Positions 30,731 to 45,760 of a stretch of DNA of 64,000 bases are shown piece after piece. Under the pieces are notes generated by a model. It was not told where the DNA came from and searched no databases. It was given only the letters and a program-made list of their open reading frames with translations. The translations under genes and the position numbers were made by a program. The DNA lies in NCBI RefSeq assembly GCF_009914755.1, contig NC_060928.1; one strand, given 5' to 3'. The stretch is from the human T2T-CHM13v2.0 reference genome, Homo sapiens. How positions within the stretch are numbered: position 1 is the stretch's first letter; every line of letters starts with the position of its first letter.

Positions 30731-32821
30731 CATTTTGACACTTCATTTCCTATTATCTCATACTTTATGAAAACATAATATTCAACTAAAAATAACTACA
30801 TTTCCTATACTGATTACTCATGACTTTGGCAAAGCAAATGTTATTATACAGGAAGGAGCAAAAGGGTATGTTTCTCCTGTGAATTAAGAGAAGGCTTCAG
30901 TAGCATTTCTCCCATACCAGTATTCCAAAGCATAGCAAAAACACCTGTCTGGGAAAGCGCTTTATTTCCTAAGCTGTTCTATAAATACCTGAAAGCTATT
31001 TTAAAAACAAAAATAAAACATAAACCGTTCCTGAAAACTTCCATGCCTTTCTAACTTCCCAATGGTGACTCCTTTTTCCTAGGTTCCTAGAAAAAATTAA
31101 AAAAAAAAAAAAACTGGCTAAACTTTTTTTTTAAAGCTTCTTTTATATTCTGGGAAATGAAAAATGATTATGAGCTTACTATGAGCTAACAACCCTAGAT
31201 AATTGTACTGATGGATTTATAAGACCCCAAACAAGGAAAATGATCTTCCCACTGCAGTCTGCACATTGGTCCACATCTGTGACACTATGTTTAGTTACGG
31301 GTAACATCACTGAAATGGGGCATTTGGAATAAAGGACCAGGTTAGAGGGAAGAAAGGGTAGTTAGAGGGAAGAAAGAATAAAGGGTAGTTAGAGGGAAGA
31401 AAATCCATCTTTTTGTGTAATTTGTGTATATTGTATATTACGTGTATATTTTCACTTCTAAAATACTAAACATATTTACTTTGTGTATATTGTCTCTCTC
31501 CCATTGCTCAAATTGGTATTAGCCAACCCAAGCTACAGAGTTGAGAGATGGAGAAGAACAGGAGGAAAAGGAGAGTGTTTTTGGCAAAAGAAATGGCATT
31601 CCCAAAGGCCCACACTGAAGATAAAGCTTAGCAGTCCAGGCACTGAAATTTCAGAGCAGCTGGGGTGTAGACAGTGAAAGAAATTGGTAAGTGAAAGCCC
31701 TTGTGAGTCAGGACAAGAAGGGCTGGATGGGAGGTCAGGGGAGTCATGAGAGGCCAATGAAACATTTTAAACAGGGACCAAATCTCTGTGACTACAGTTA
31801 GATAATAAACTTTACTTGCGCCATTTGAAATTGTTAATATTCAACTGTTTTAGACCTACAAAAATGGCAACTACGCATCATTTAACTCCATTAAAACCTT
31901 CCTGAAAGGAAGCAGGACTAGAAAACCAGGGAAGTGTTCAATAGTGAAGGTTAAAAAAAAACAAAACCCACAATATGGTTTCAGTGAAAATATTGAAAAT
32001 ATTGTTATTGGAGCAGAGTAACATGATGACAACCTGTCAAGGCTATTACAGATGCGATACTTCTGCAGGAAAAAAAAATTAAGAAGATAACCTACAATCT
32101 GATTTTAAGATCCTGAAAACGCGTAGAAAACACAATAACAAATTCTAACCACCCCACGCTATTTTTACAATTTAAAAAATGCTGTACTTTTACTCTTTCT
32201 CTTAAAAAATATGTATGTTCCAGGTGCGTGGCCCTATGCTGAGCACATGAGTATAAAGATGTTTCGAGGATCTTAAAACCTAACATTTCCATCTGGATAG
32301 TGGCTGCAAGTGCAACAGAGAAGTGACCCCTTAGACCTCACTGCTAATGGCAGAATGAGGACCAGAACTCATATTCCCTGACTCCTGGAGACCAGGGCCC
32401 CTCCCACTGTACCATCCTGCTGATATTTCACAGGCTTCACCTGAGATAGGCAGCTGTGTCTCTTAGTCTACACATTCCATCTCGAAACAAGAGGAAGGGC
32501 AAGCATACATAATTAATGATGGCACTGTAACTTTCCACAGCCTTTATATTTCTATATCTATTTTCTCCATGTATAGCCTTGTCCATCACCACCCTATCCC
32601 ATCACAAACTTCCTACATATTTAAAAAAAATCCACCCCCTTAATCCAAAGTAGTGGGAATATTATATGCATACATCATAGCAGTATTTTGCACTTGAAAT
32701 TCATTGCTTCAAAGCATCTTGATAATTTTTCTTGTCTCTACCTGACCCTAAATTGCACTGGGGTAAGATGCTAGCTAGGTTTAAGGCACACACTAGTTTT
32801 CTTCAAGAACAGTTCTTTTTA

Positions 32822-32966
32822 AAAGAGGAAAAGAATAGAAGAGAAGCCAAGGGGATAGAGGAATATAAATTTTTTCACTGACTTCTTTGCCTAAAGAGGA
32901 AAAGAATAGAAGAGAAGCCAAGGGGATAGGGGAATATAAATTTTTTCACTGACTTCTTTGCCTAAA
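32822..32966. repeat. 71-bp tandem duplication (1 mismatch)
   Basis: aaagaggaaaagaatagaag...cttctttgcct at 32822 and 32893. Confidence 0.95.
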
Positions 32967-33096
32967 ACAAATTTTTTTCACTTTATTTTTACTCTAAGTT
33001 AATTCAAAGATAATTGGAAATAGCTGACTTTTAGTTTTAGGAGGAACTAGAAAAGAAATTTTGATGTACTCTTTGTCTTCAAAAGAGTATGAGTAA

Positions 33097-33430
<334 letters not shown>

Positions 33431-35132
33431 TCAGATATTTTGCAACAGAAATATTAGTTTCCATCTCCTTCCTTCATATAATCTCGATATGTTAGATTAG
33501 GATTGGAGTCTGCTGTGGGATATTATATAGACTTGGAACCAGAATAGATAAGATAACTTGGACTAAAATGCTCACTACTTCTCTCAGACTAATACATTTC
33601 CTCTTTGTTGTTTTAATTTTTTTCCAAATATGTAAGTAATAAATGAATACATAATTGAATTTTAAAATTCATGCAATAAAAGATGAGCAAAAGTCTTCCC
33701 TTAGCATCCCACCTCCCAATTACTATCCCATTCGCAAAGGAAGTCAGTATCTGTGCTATCACTGTCACCAATTTTGTCATTAAAAATCAAGAGCTAAATC
33801 TTGTTACCTTCAAACGTAATATTTTGACATATGATGATAACATATATAATCCTTTCCATATACAGAATATTTAAGTAAAGTCACAACCAGGAAAATAAAA
33901 AAGATGTAGAGATCACTTATATCATTTTATTAATAAGATAGTATATACTTACTTTTAAATACATGTAATGTCTGCTGGATTAATGAACTGATGATCCAGG
34001 CTAGGAAAGAAGGTTAAGAACAACAGCTCTTCAGCATCTATAACTAGATTAAATTATCAGCACAAACCATGTATTGAATTTCTGGAATTTGTTTTATTAA
34101 GAAACTAAATTTGAAAACAAGCTGTACTCATGCAAAGGACAGTAGAAGATTAAAAGTAAACTGTCTAAACAGTCTATATCTGGATGTAAATACCAGCTCA
34201 CTCTTTTCTTTTTCCACACTGATTTTCCCACAGGAAGGAACAGATTAAAGAGTGGATTACTTCAAGCACTATAAAGGTCTCTAGACTGACCCCACTCTTA
34301 GAGGGAGCTCTTTCAGAGGAATAATGCTATAAAGAACAGTGAAAGCCCCAAAAAACCCACAGCTGAGCCCTTCAGAGGGCCCCATTCACAGTCACCATTG
34401 ACTGCCCTGGCCTCTCTGAGGGGATTCAATATAATTCACTGCCCACCAGAATACTGAATTCACAACAGAGAGGAAAAAAAAAAACTGATGGTGCTGCTTT
34501 GCATCTGTTTAAATTTTTACAGAAATGTTAAGGGAGTTAATCTTCTACAAGTCCAGTCATGTGCTTTCACAAAGGGCCAAGAAAGGAGTCCCAAAGCTCG
34601 CCATGACTCAACAGGAAGCTCTTTGTGTCTTCCTTTCTACACCATGTCTGACAAAGAAGCTGTCTTAAGTTCATGGGCCTCTGTCTCTTGCGTGAATTCT
34701 GAAGTCAGTGAAGCAACAATGATGTCATTGCTTCTGAAGACCACTGTTGGCTGAGATAATGAAGATCTCTTCACCCAAAACATTGCCATTTCTGCAGCAT
34801 ACATTTCCTACCCTTTCAAATACAAAAGTATTCTACCGATTGAGGGGGGTGATGTATGTTTATTTTTTGCATTATTCAAAAGAAGTCATACTGAAGCATG
34901 TTTCCCTCTCACCAAAACATCTTCTAAAACTGAACTAGTAAATACCACTACACTAAAATAGTTGATTCATACACTTGAAAGGAAACCAAAAGTTATGCTT
35001 TTGAAATTAGATATATTATTCAATTAATATTCTGATACTAAATGTCCAGTAGTTTCATAGGCAACATATGGTATGACGTGAATAAAATCCATTTCTCACC
35101 CTTTTAGTCTCCAACATATACGCACATTTGGC

Positions 35133-35415
35133 TTTTTTTTTTTTTGGAGATGGAGTTTCACTCTTGTTGCCCAGGCTGAGTGCAGTGGCACGATCTCGAC
35201 TCACTGCAACCTCCGCCTCCTGGGTGCAAGCTATTCTCCTGCCTCAGCCTCTGGAGTAGCTAGGATTACAGGCATGCGCCACTACACCTGGCTAATTTTT
35301 GTATTTTTAGTAGAGATGGGGTTTCACCATGTCGATCAGGCTGGTCTCAAACTCCTGACCTCAGGTGATCCACCTGCCTCGGCCTCCCAAAGTGCTGAGA
35401 TTACAGGTGGGAGCC
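35133..35415 (-). mobile_element. AluS, slightly 5'-truncated
   Basis: Reverse Alu. TSD gcacat(t/a)tggc. Confidence 0.93.
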
Positions 35416-36016
35416 CAGCTGCACATATGGCAAAAGCAAATTAGATTATCTAAAGAATATCAAATAGTTTAAAGGCAGTTATTTCCACAAATTTTAAAAA
35501 TGATAGACTCCTTTGAAAACAACTCAAATATGGACATATTCAACTCATATATCCATATATGCAGTCTAGCATGTATAAGGACAAAAAAAGGCAAGGTTAA
35601 AAAAATAAGTGTTTAGGCAATTGGAAGTTCAGCAGAACCAAAATAATGAGTGTATACTGGGGAGTGGCGTCCCTTATGAATAATGAGATAAAATAGATAA
35701 ACTATGGAAGTACCAGGCAATGGAGGACAAATATAAAAAATTTATATTTTATCCAATAGGGAGTTGGGAGCCACTAAACATTTTTAGATTAATAAATGAC
35801 AAAGTATTTCAGTTTACAACAATGACTACATCTTCAATCAAAAGCAGCAATCTCCAAAGCAGAGATTGCAAACACATACAACAACATTTACTGGAGTATG
35901 GGGAAAAAGAATCTCTATAGTTCTCTTTATTACAGTCTTGAAAATTTATAGCTCCATGAAAGTTCTACAATACATAGGATGCATGTTCCATAATGTATAA
36001 ATGATAGTAGTATATT

Positions 36017-36036
36017 TGTGTGTGTGTGTGTGTGTG
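36017..36036. repeat. (TG)n microsatellite
   Basis: Short TG run of about 9-10 units. Confidence 0.85.
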
Positions 36037-37488
36037 CATATACACACGCATGTGCTGTGGATACATGGTCCACAACATTTGGTAACCTTCTATCTCAAAA
36101 TGGAATAGAGGGAGATAGGTTTAGAAGCAGGAAAACAGTTTAGGATACTGCTGCAGTATTTGAAACAAAAAGTATTAGGCTCTGAACGAAAGTGGAAACA
36201 ACAGACCCTGGGCCATTTTCTTGAGAGCTATCTGGATGTAAAATTTGTGGGTACTGCTTACCAACTGGATAAGGGTTGTGAAAATCAGGAAGTTAACTGG
36301 GTGGATGTTGGTTTCATTTACTAAAACTGGAATATAAGAGGAAAGGATAAAGAAGGAGTAGTCCAGAAACTGGTGGAGGGTTAGAAACAAACTCAATGTT
36401 AGCCAGTCTGAGTCACAGGTATCTGTGGAGGACCTTAAAGAGAGGTAAGGTAAGGAAAAAGCAAATGTAACAGCACAGTTTTCTCATCAAAGATTTTATT
36501 TATTTTGCAAGTAAATCAGATAGGAGAAGCTAAAAAACAGATTTCAATGAATTAAGAATTAAAAACATGAAGTAACATAATAACATGGTATATGACAAAG
36601 TATGAAAATCAACATAACTTGATATTTTATAAGAACTATAAAATATCAGGAAAAAAACTTTCAGAGAAAAAAAAGAAATGATGACACCCACACTGGATAA
36701 TGAACACTAAGTGGAGGTGACAAGAAGACACTGCAGATGCAGAAGGGAATATGACTATATTTACAGAAAGAACAAGCAGGGGAGACGATGAGGAAGCCTA
36801 GCTAACTGCATCCCACACTACATCAGAGCAGGCATCATATGCTCTCTTTTCCTTCCATAAAGATGGACACATGACATTACTTTTAAAGCACATTATGTTG
36901 GGGTATTTATAACTATGATGTAATGACTTAAATTTTAAATATTCTGCTTTCTGGATTTACAAAAGTACTAAGTAATATATATAAAACAAAGAACCCTTAT
37001 TTTTGCTCCATTTCTGAATCTTATACTCAGAGATTAGGTAGGAGTCAGGGGATAGCCTAAGGAATGCTGTTGCGCTTTTATTTTAAAATTTCTAAAATTA
37101 AAAGTGAAATGGTCATAATGATCATGAACAGCCTCAAGTTAAAGCAGCCCCCATAAAAATGTCTGCCCTGATTCTTAAAATGGGCTCAGCCAAATCCACT
37201 CCTTTTTCACATTGGAGTTGACACATTTCATGCCCTCATCACCTCTCACCTGGATTAGTACTCCAGGGAAAAACACTCCAAGCTCTTTTCCCTGCCTCTA
37301 CTCTCTCACTCCTCTCTATACTCCAAGAGTGTATTCTGCATTCCACATGAATGGAAGACAGATTTTCTAAAATACATATTATAGTACATAACTTCTGTGA
37401 GTATATTTTTTTAAACTTGTAAAATAGGGTTCTTCATAATCTGGCATTAACCGTTCTTACCCGAGACAAATATAAGAAAAGTATATCA

Positions 37489-37797
<309 letters not shown>

Positions 37798-38358
37798 AAG
37801 AAAAGTATATCAACTATAGTTTTGGCTGTCGTAAGACAGGAAAAGGGGAGAGGAAAACAGGAGAGAAACTGTGAGCTGACTGCCCATCTTGTGTAGGGCA
37901 CCATATCATTAGCAGCATCTTGAGACACACAGAAGTTTAGTTTTATAGATGAGGCAGTGATATCTAAAGAGGCTTCCTAAAGTTCTGCAAGTGACAGAGC
38001 TGATAATTGCAGAGCTGTGATTTGAACACATGTCTTTCTGATCACAAAACCTATACTAGAGAAGACCATGGATATTCAGTGAACATACCTGAAGCTACAA
38101 AAAGAGCATCCCTTGTAAACTATGTAGGATACAATTTAATGTAAAAAAAAAATCACTACTGCATTGTAGAAGAAGGAGACCCAAAACAACTGATCAAAGA
38201 TAGTAAGGGATAAGGAGCCTACACTGAGGTTATCAGGAGACAAAAGAAAATTTAAAGAAACAATCTGCTATGAAGTGTCATCATGAAGAGGACCAGGAAA
38301 ATAAGTCCTGAGAACAACAATCTGTTGAAATTTTTAGGTCTCTGCGGAAAACTATTTA

Positions 38359-38841
<483 letters not shown>

Positions 38842-39343
38842 TCAACCAGATACTTATGAAGACAAAGGACACTTTTATCATCTTGAAGACTCATGCACAT
38901 CTTTATGAAAGTTCATAAGATGAAAACAAAAGAGAAAGAAACGTGTGACACCAGTGACTAAGTAAGCAAGTTCTACATCCTAAATCTGGAGGACCCCACA
39001 AACTACCTCTTCTGTGCTATGCATCCCACTCCTGAGTCCCATTCAACCCCTACCCTCCAACAGTGAAAAGAATACAGCCCGGAGACTTCATTACACAGTC
39101 TGGGTTTGATAACCAGACATCTAAGGTGATAAGTGCAATTTCAGATTACCTTTCTTGTAATTTTCATCTACAAATTGCAGAGAATCTTTGACAGTACAGG
39201 CCTTCTTCTATGTCACACTAGTTGTTCTACTTCATTTTTCACCTTCCCTAAAAATTTTAGTTGAGAGCTTTTTTGTTCAGTTTTAAAAGTACTTGCAAAG
39301 CTTTCACTTTATTATCTAATTAAAAATGTGGAGAAAATGTTTA

Positions 39344-39694
<351 letters not shown>

Positions 39695-39790
39695 TCATCA
39701 TTCATTTGTTCAATCAATATTTATTGAAGACCTACCCTGGGCTAGGTACTGTGCTAGACCCTTGAGTAAGCAATGTTGAACAAAAAGGAA
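39695..39790 (-). mobile_element. L2 3' end
   Basis: cattcatttgttcaatcaatatttattgaagacctaccctgggctaggtactgtgctag. Confidence 0.75.
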
Positions 39791-39881
39791 AAATTGGGGT
39801 AATTCCACCTATTTTATATAATTCTTGGGAGACTCAAATGAAATAAGTTTTCAGGAGGAACTTAGAAAACTGTCAAGAAGT

Positions 39882-41295
39882 TATATATATGTGTATATAT
39901 ACACACACGGTGTGTACGCATATGTGTGTATATACACACACGGTGTGTACGCATATGTGTGTATATATATACACACACGGTGTGTACGCATATGTGTGTA
40001 TATATATACACACACGGTGTGTACGCATATGTGTGTATATATATACACACACGGTGTGTACGCATATGTGTGTATATATATACACACACGGTGTGTACGC
40101 ATATGTGTGTATATACATACACACACGGTGTGTATATACGTGTGTATATATATACACACACGGTGTGTATATACGTGTGTATATATGCACACACGGTGTG
40201 TATATACGTGTGTATATATGCACACACGGTGTGTATATACGTGTGTATATATGCACACACGGTGTGTATATACGTGTGTATATATGCACACACGGTGTGT
40301 ATATACGTGTGTATATATGCACACACGGTGTGTATATACGTGTGTATATATGCACACATGGTGTGTATATATATGTGTGTATATATGCACACATGGTATG
40401 TATATGTGTGTATATATGCACACATGGTGTGTATGTATATGTGTGTATATATGCACACATGGTGTGTATATACGTGTGTATATATGCACACATGGTGTGT
40501 GTGTATATACGTGTGTATATATGCACACATGGTGTGTGTATATATACACACGGTGTGTATATATACGTGTGCATAGATATACACACGGTGTGTATATATA
40601 CGTGTGCATAGATATACACACGGTGTGTATATATACGTGTGCATAGATATACACACGGTGTGTATATATACGTGTGCATAGATATACACACGGTGTGTAT
40701 ATATACGTGTGCATAGATATACACACGGTGTGTATATATACGTGTGCATAGATATACACACGGTGTGTATATATACGTGTGCATAGATATACACACGGTG
40801 TGTATATATACGTGTGCATAGATATACACACGGTGTGTATATATACGTGTGCATAGATATACACACGGTGTGTATATATACGTGTGCATAGATATACACA
40901 CGGTGTGTATATATACGTGTGCATAGATATACACACGGTGTGTATATATACGTGTGCATAGATATACACACGGTGTGTATATATACGTGTGCATAGATAT
41001 ACACACGGTGTGTATATATACGTGTGCATAGATATACACACGGTGTGTATATATACGTGTGCATAGATATACACACGGTGTGTATATATACGTGTGCATA
41101 GATATACACACGGTGTGTATATATACGTGTGCATAGATATACACATGGTGGGTATATGTATGTGTGTATAGATATACACATGGTGTGTATATATATGTGT
41201 ATATATCTGTGTATTGGACATATGTATGTATATATTGGATATATATATTGGACATACATATATTGGACATATATATATATACACATATATATATG
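39882..41295. repeat. Compound (TA/CA/TG)-derived minisatellite, ~1.4 kb
   Basis: Successive blocks of mostly 37-bp, then 33-bp, then about 17 identical 35-bp units (gcatagatatacacacggtgtgtatatatacgtgt). Confidence 0.95.
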
Positions 41296-41345
41296 TATTG
41301 GACAGTGTGGGTCTAGGTGTACACACACTATGGTGCAAATCCTAG

Positions 41346-41546
41346 ACCCACACTGTCCAATACAGGGGCCATTAGTCGTATGCAACTATATAAATTTGAA
41401 TGAATTAAAATTCAATAAAAATAAAAGTTCAGTTCATCAGTTACACTAGTCACATCTCAATAGCTACATATGACCAGTGGCTACCATACCGGACAGCACT
41501 AATTTAGAACACTTCCATCATCACGTAAAATCCTATTGGACAGCAG
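41346..41546. mobile_element. MER3/MER33-type hAT MITE
   Basis: Terminal inverted repeats ctgtccaata / tattggacag and internal cagtggctaccataccggacagcac. Confidence 0.8.
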
Positions 41547-41553
41547 TTTCCTA

Positions 41554-41997
<444 letters not shown>

Positions 41998-42179
41998 TCA
42001 CATGCTCAAAGAAAGATGGCTGATAATTCTTTATAAGATTATAAAACCATCACAAAGGAAAGATGTAGTTGTGATTTAAGAAAAAAAGTCAGAGATAACT
42101 TATTGACAGCTTACTAAGAAACTAAAGCTAATTGCTTTAAGTCAATATTAGATTTAATCCAAAGAACAATGCTTGAAGT

Positions 42180-42280
42180 AAGCATTATTATTTTCTCTGC
42201 CTTGTAGATGAGGAATCGTAAGCACTGATAGGTTAAGTAACTTGACCAAGGTTACAAAACTATTTAATGGTAAGCCTTTG
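42180..42280 (-). mobile_element. MIR fragment
   Basis: ttgtagatgaggaatcg...ggttaagtaacttgaccaaggttacaaaacta. Confidence 0.6.
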
Positions 42281-44359
42281 AAATAAACTCTACTAAAAGA
42301 AAAGAAATATTTACGTAACAATAATATCTAAGACACTGAATCGATCTCATTGAATTAGTTATTATGAAAACAGCATCAAGGTAATATATCACTATGTGCT
42401 TTTTTACTTTCAGTGATTAAGAGTTATTGATAATAATATTTTCACCATACTATCACCATTAGTTAGTTCTCTAAACTTTGTCTTCTTTCCTTGTCTTCTT
42501 TCCTCAGGAATGGCCTCCTTTCTCCCAGTCATTGTATCTTGAATCAAAACCCAAGCATCTTTGAATATTCACATGAAGTCCCTAAAACACTTGAGCCTTC
42601 ACTGTTATCTCTAAAGTCACACAACATATATTTTCTAGATCATTCACTATAATGCGAATTGCACAATGATTTGGTTTTAATGCCAATCTTTACTGAAGTA
42701 TGCTATACTATTTGATGAAAGAGCATATACTGAGCATCTGATAAATAAATGATAACAATAACATACCTTGCATCAAGAATACCATAGGTGTTCATCTAAA
42801 ATTTATCATTTGTAATTTAATATTGTCTTCACAGTTTTTGAAGGCATAAAATATAAACACTCAGTTTATCTCTAATAAGTGCTTTAGTTTTCTCATGAAT
42901 TAGCTGAAACATGTTAGCTCTTTTTTCCTTTCTGTAATATAGGAAATAATAAAGATTATTAAAGAGATATATGTTAGATAGTCTTGTATCAAAAAAGTCC
43001 ATGCTTAGATTCATTATTTCTTTAGTATTATAAAGACCCAGAATGAAGGTCTAATCTCAAAACTAGCTGAAGAGATCAGATTCAAATGTCGGAATCTGTT
43101 TTTACAGAATATCCTTGGCAAAGTTTACTCTAAGAAATGTAACACAGTTGGACTGTCTTCCTTTGGCTATAAAACATCTTTCATAGGAATGTCCATTAAG
43201 GTCTGGGAGGTGGTGTGGGGGGAGTGTCTCAATGCAAAGTGTTCTTACATTAATCAAAATATATTTACGGAAATAGTTGCTTATACCTAGGTCTTATATT
43301 TTAGTCCCTATACCTGGAAATACCAGGGGGTATTCCCAAAGGACTGAACACTGAGCACTTATGGTTTCTCATCCTCATTTGTTTATTAGTTTCTCTGCTG
43401 TATAACACAGTCAAAGTGTTCTTTAAGCTTTAGTCACTGGAACTGGGTACCTAAAGTAAGAAACTGCCATCATGTTTGGTCTTAATTTTTCCTTTGTTTT
43501 TGCCAAGAATGGAAGAAGACTAAAACAGATGATCTCTCTATTTGTACTGAGTGAGGCCTGGACATGGTACTTCTGTCACTTTTCTATCTCTGGATAAAAA
43601 GTTAGAAAAATCTGCAAAAGTAAGTATATGGCTTCATGGTGACCACATTAATACTATCTACTCTCTGATGTGCATAGATAACCCTAAGCAGTTTTAACAG
43701 TATCAAAAATAAAATATAATGTTTCTATATTCATGAAGAAAATTTGATTCCTTTTTACTCACACATAAAATTCTGTGGAATTTGGGATAAAACTCAATAT
43801 CTGCAGATATTAGATGGAAAAAAAAATAAGAGTCAAGTAGTATTAAGATCCCAAATTTGGATATACAGACAATCAGAAAACTGAAAATTCCAAGGTTCTC
43901 CTAGTTACTTATGATGTCAAAGCTATATTTGTGATGTTATAAGTGAAAAATCATGTGGTAAGGTGTGCTTGAGTTATGCAGAAAAATTTATTTTTTCTAA
44001 CATTAATTTTATTCTTAACACTATTTTTTGCTATTTTGCATTTGACATTTTATCATTCCTCATCCCAACTTAGAGATAAAAAAATTTTTTAAAATAAAAA
44101 GCTCCTAACAAGAGTCCTTTCAGCAACCCTTGAACACATAGGGTTTCTGCAACTGTAACAATTTGAAACTACAACAACGTCAACCACATAAATATTAGAA
44201 CTTGCACAATGGGAATAATTTTGGAAAATATTTCTCCCTGACTTTGTGTGTAGATAACCTACTTAATAATCAGCCCTCAGAAATGGCTGGGAGGCTTTGA
44301 GTCAATGGAGAGAAAAGGGAAGGGATGGAGAATATTACATACTAGAATTCTTGCATGAA

Positions 44360-45177
44360 GAATAAAAAAGAAACAAATAAATAGAAAGACATCCCATGTC
44401 CATGCGTTGGAAAAGTTATTGTTAAAACGTCCATACTGCTTAAAATACCCAATATGACCTACAGATTCTATGCAATCCCTATTAAGATGCCAGTGGCATT
44501 TTTTACGGACATAGAAAAAACAATTACAAAATTCCTGTGAAACCACAGAGGACCCTTGGTAGCCAAAATAATCTTTACAACAAAGAACAAAGCTGGAAGC
44601 ATCATACTATGGGACTTCAAAATCTATAACCAAGCAACCATGACCAAATCAATATAATATTGGCATAAAAACAGACAGACTAATGGAACAGAACAGACAG
44701 CCCAGAAATAAACCCACACATATATGGTCAAATGGTCCTCCACAAAAATACACAATGGGGAAAGGAGAGTCTCCTCAATGAATGGTATTGGGAAAAGTGA
44801 ATATACACATGCAAAAGAATGTAATTGAACCCTCATCTTACACCATAAACAAAAATCAACCCCAGATGGATTGAAGACTTAAATGTAAGAACTGAAACTA
44901 TAAAACTCCTAGGAGAAAGCAAAAAAACTTCGTGATATTGATCTTCACAACGATTTGCTAGTTATGACCCCAAAAGCACAGGCAACAAAAGCCAAAATAG
45001 ACAAATAGGACTACATCAAACTAAAAAGCTTCTACACAGCAAAGGAAAAATTAACAGGGTGAAAAGGAAACCTATAGAATGGGAGAAAATATTTGCAAAC
45101 CATATATCTGATATGAGAATAATATCCAAAAAATCTAAAGAACTCCTTCAACTCAGTAGCAAAACAAACAAGCAAAC

Positions 45178-45214
<37 letters not shown>

Positions 45215-45760
45215 CACACAAAATAACTCGATTAAAGAATGGGTGAAGGACTTGAATAGACAATTCTTCTGTGTAAAACAGACCAACAGACATATGAAAA
45301 GATACTCAGCATCACTAATCAGGGAAATAACAATCAAAACAGAAGTGAGATATTACATAACACCTGTTAGAATGCCTGTGGTAAGAAAAATAAGTATTGA
45401 GGAGATGTAGAGAAAAGGGAACACTTGCACTGTTGGTGTGAATGTAAATAGTGCAGTTCCTAGAGAAAATAAACTATGTTGAGGCTCCTGAGAATATTAA
45501 AAAATAGAACTACCATATGATCCAGATATCTCACTTCAGGGCATATATCCAAAAGAACTGAAATCAGGACCTTGAAGAAATATTTGCAACCTGGTGTTCA
45601 CTTCAGCATTATTCACAATATCGAAGATGTGGAAACAACCTAAATGTTCACTGATAGATGAATAGATAAAGAAAATGTGGTATATATATACATGGAATAT
45701 TATCCTTTTAACAAAGGATAGATCTCATGTTAAGCATTCTTAACACAATATAAAAAAATA
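44360..45760 (+). mobile_element. L1MA/L1MB ORF2 3' part and 3' UTR, with internal (CA)n at ~45181-45210
   Basis: gacatcccatgtccatg, aaagctggaagcatcatact, gactacatcaaactaaaaagcttctacacagcaaagg, agaactaccatatgatccag. Confidence 0.9.

Noticed and set aside
40547-41146. Regular 35-bp repeats resembling a CRISPR array
   Set aside because: The units are head-to-tail with no unique spacers, there are no cas genes, and the context is a primate intron.
39825-41449. Long ORFs (up to 507 aa) in all six frames
   Set aside because: They are translations of the minisatellite, whose units lack stop codons. The products are low-complexity Y/T/H/I/C/V repeats with no gene structure.
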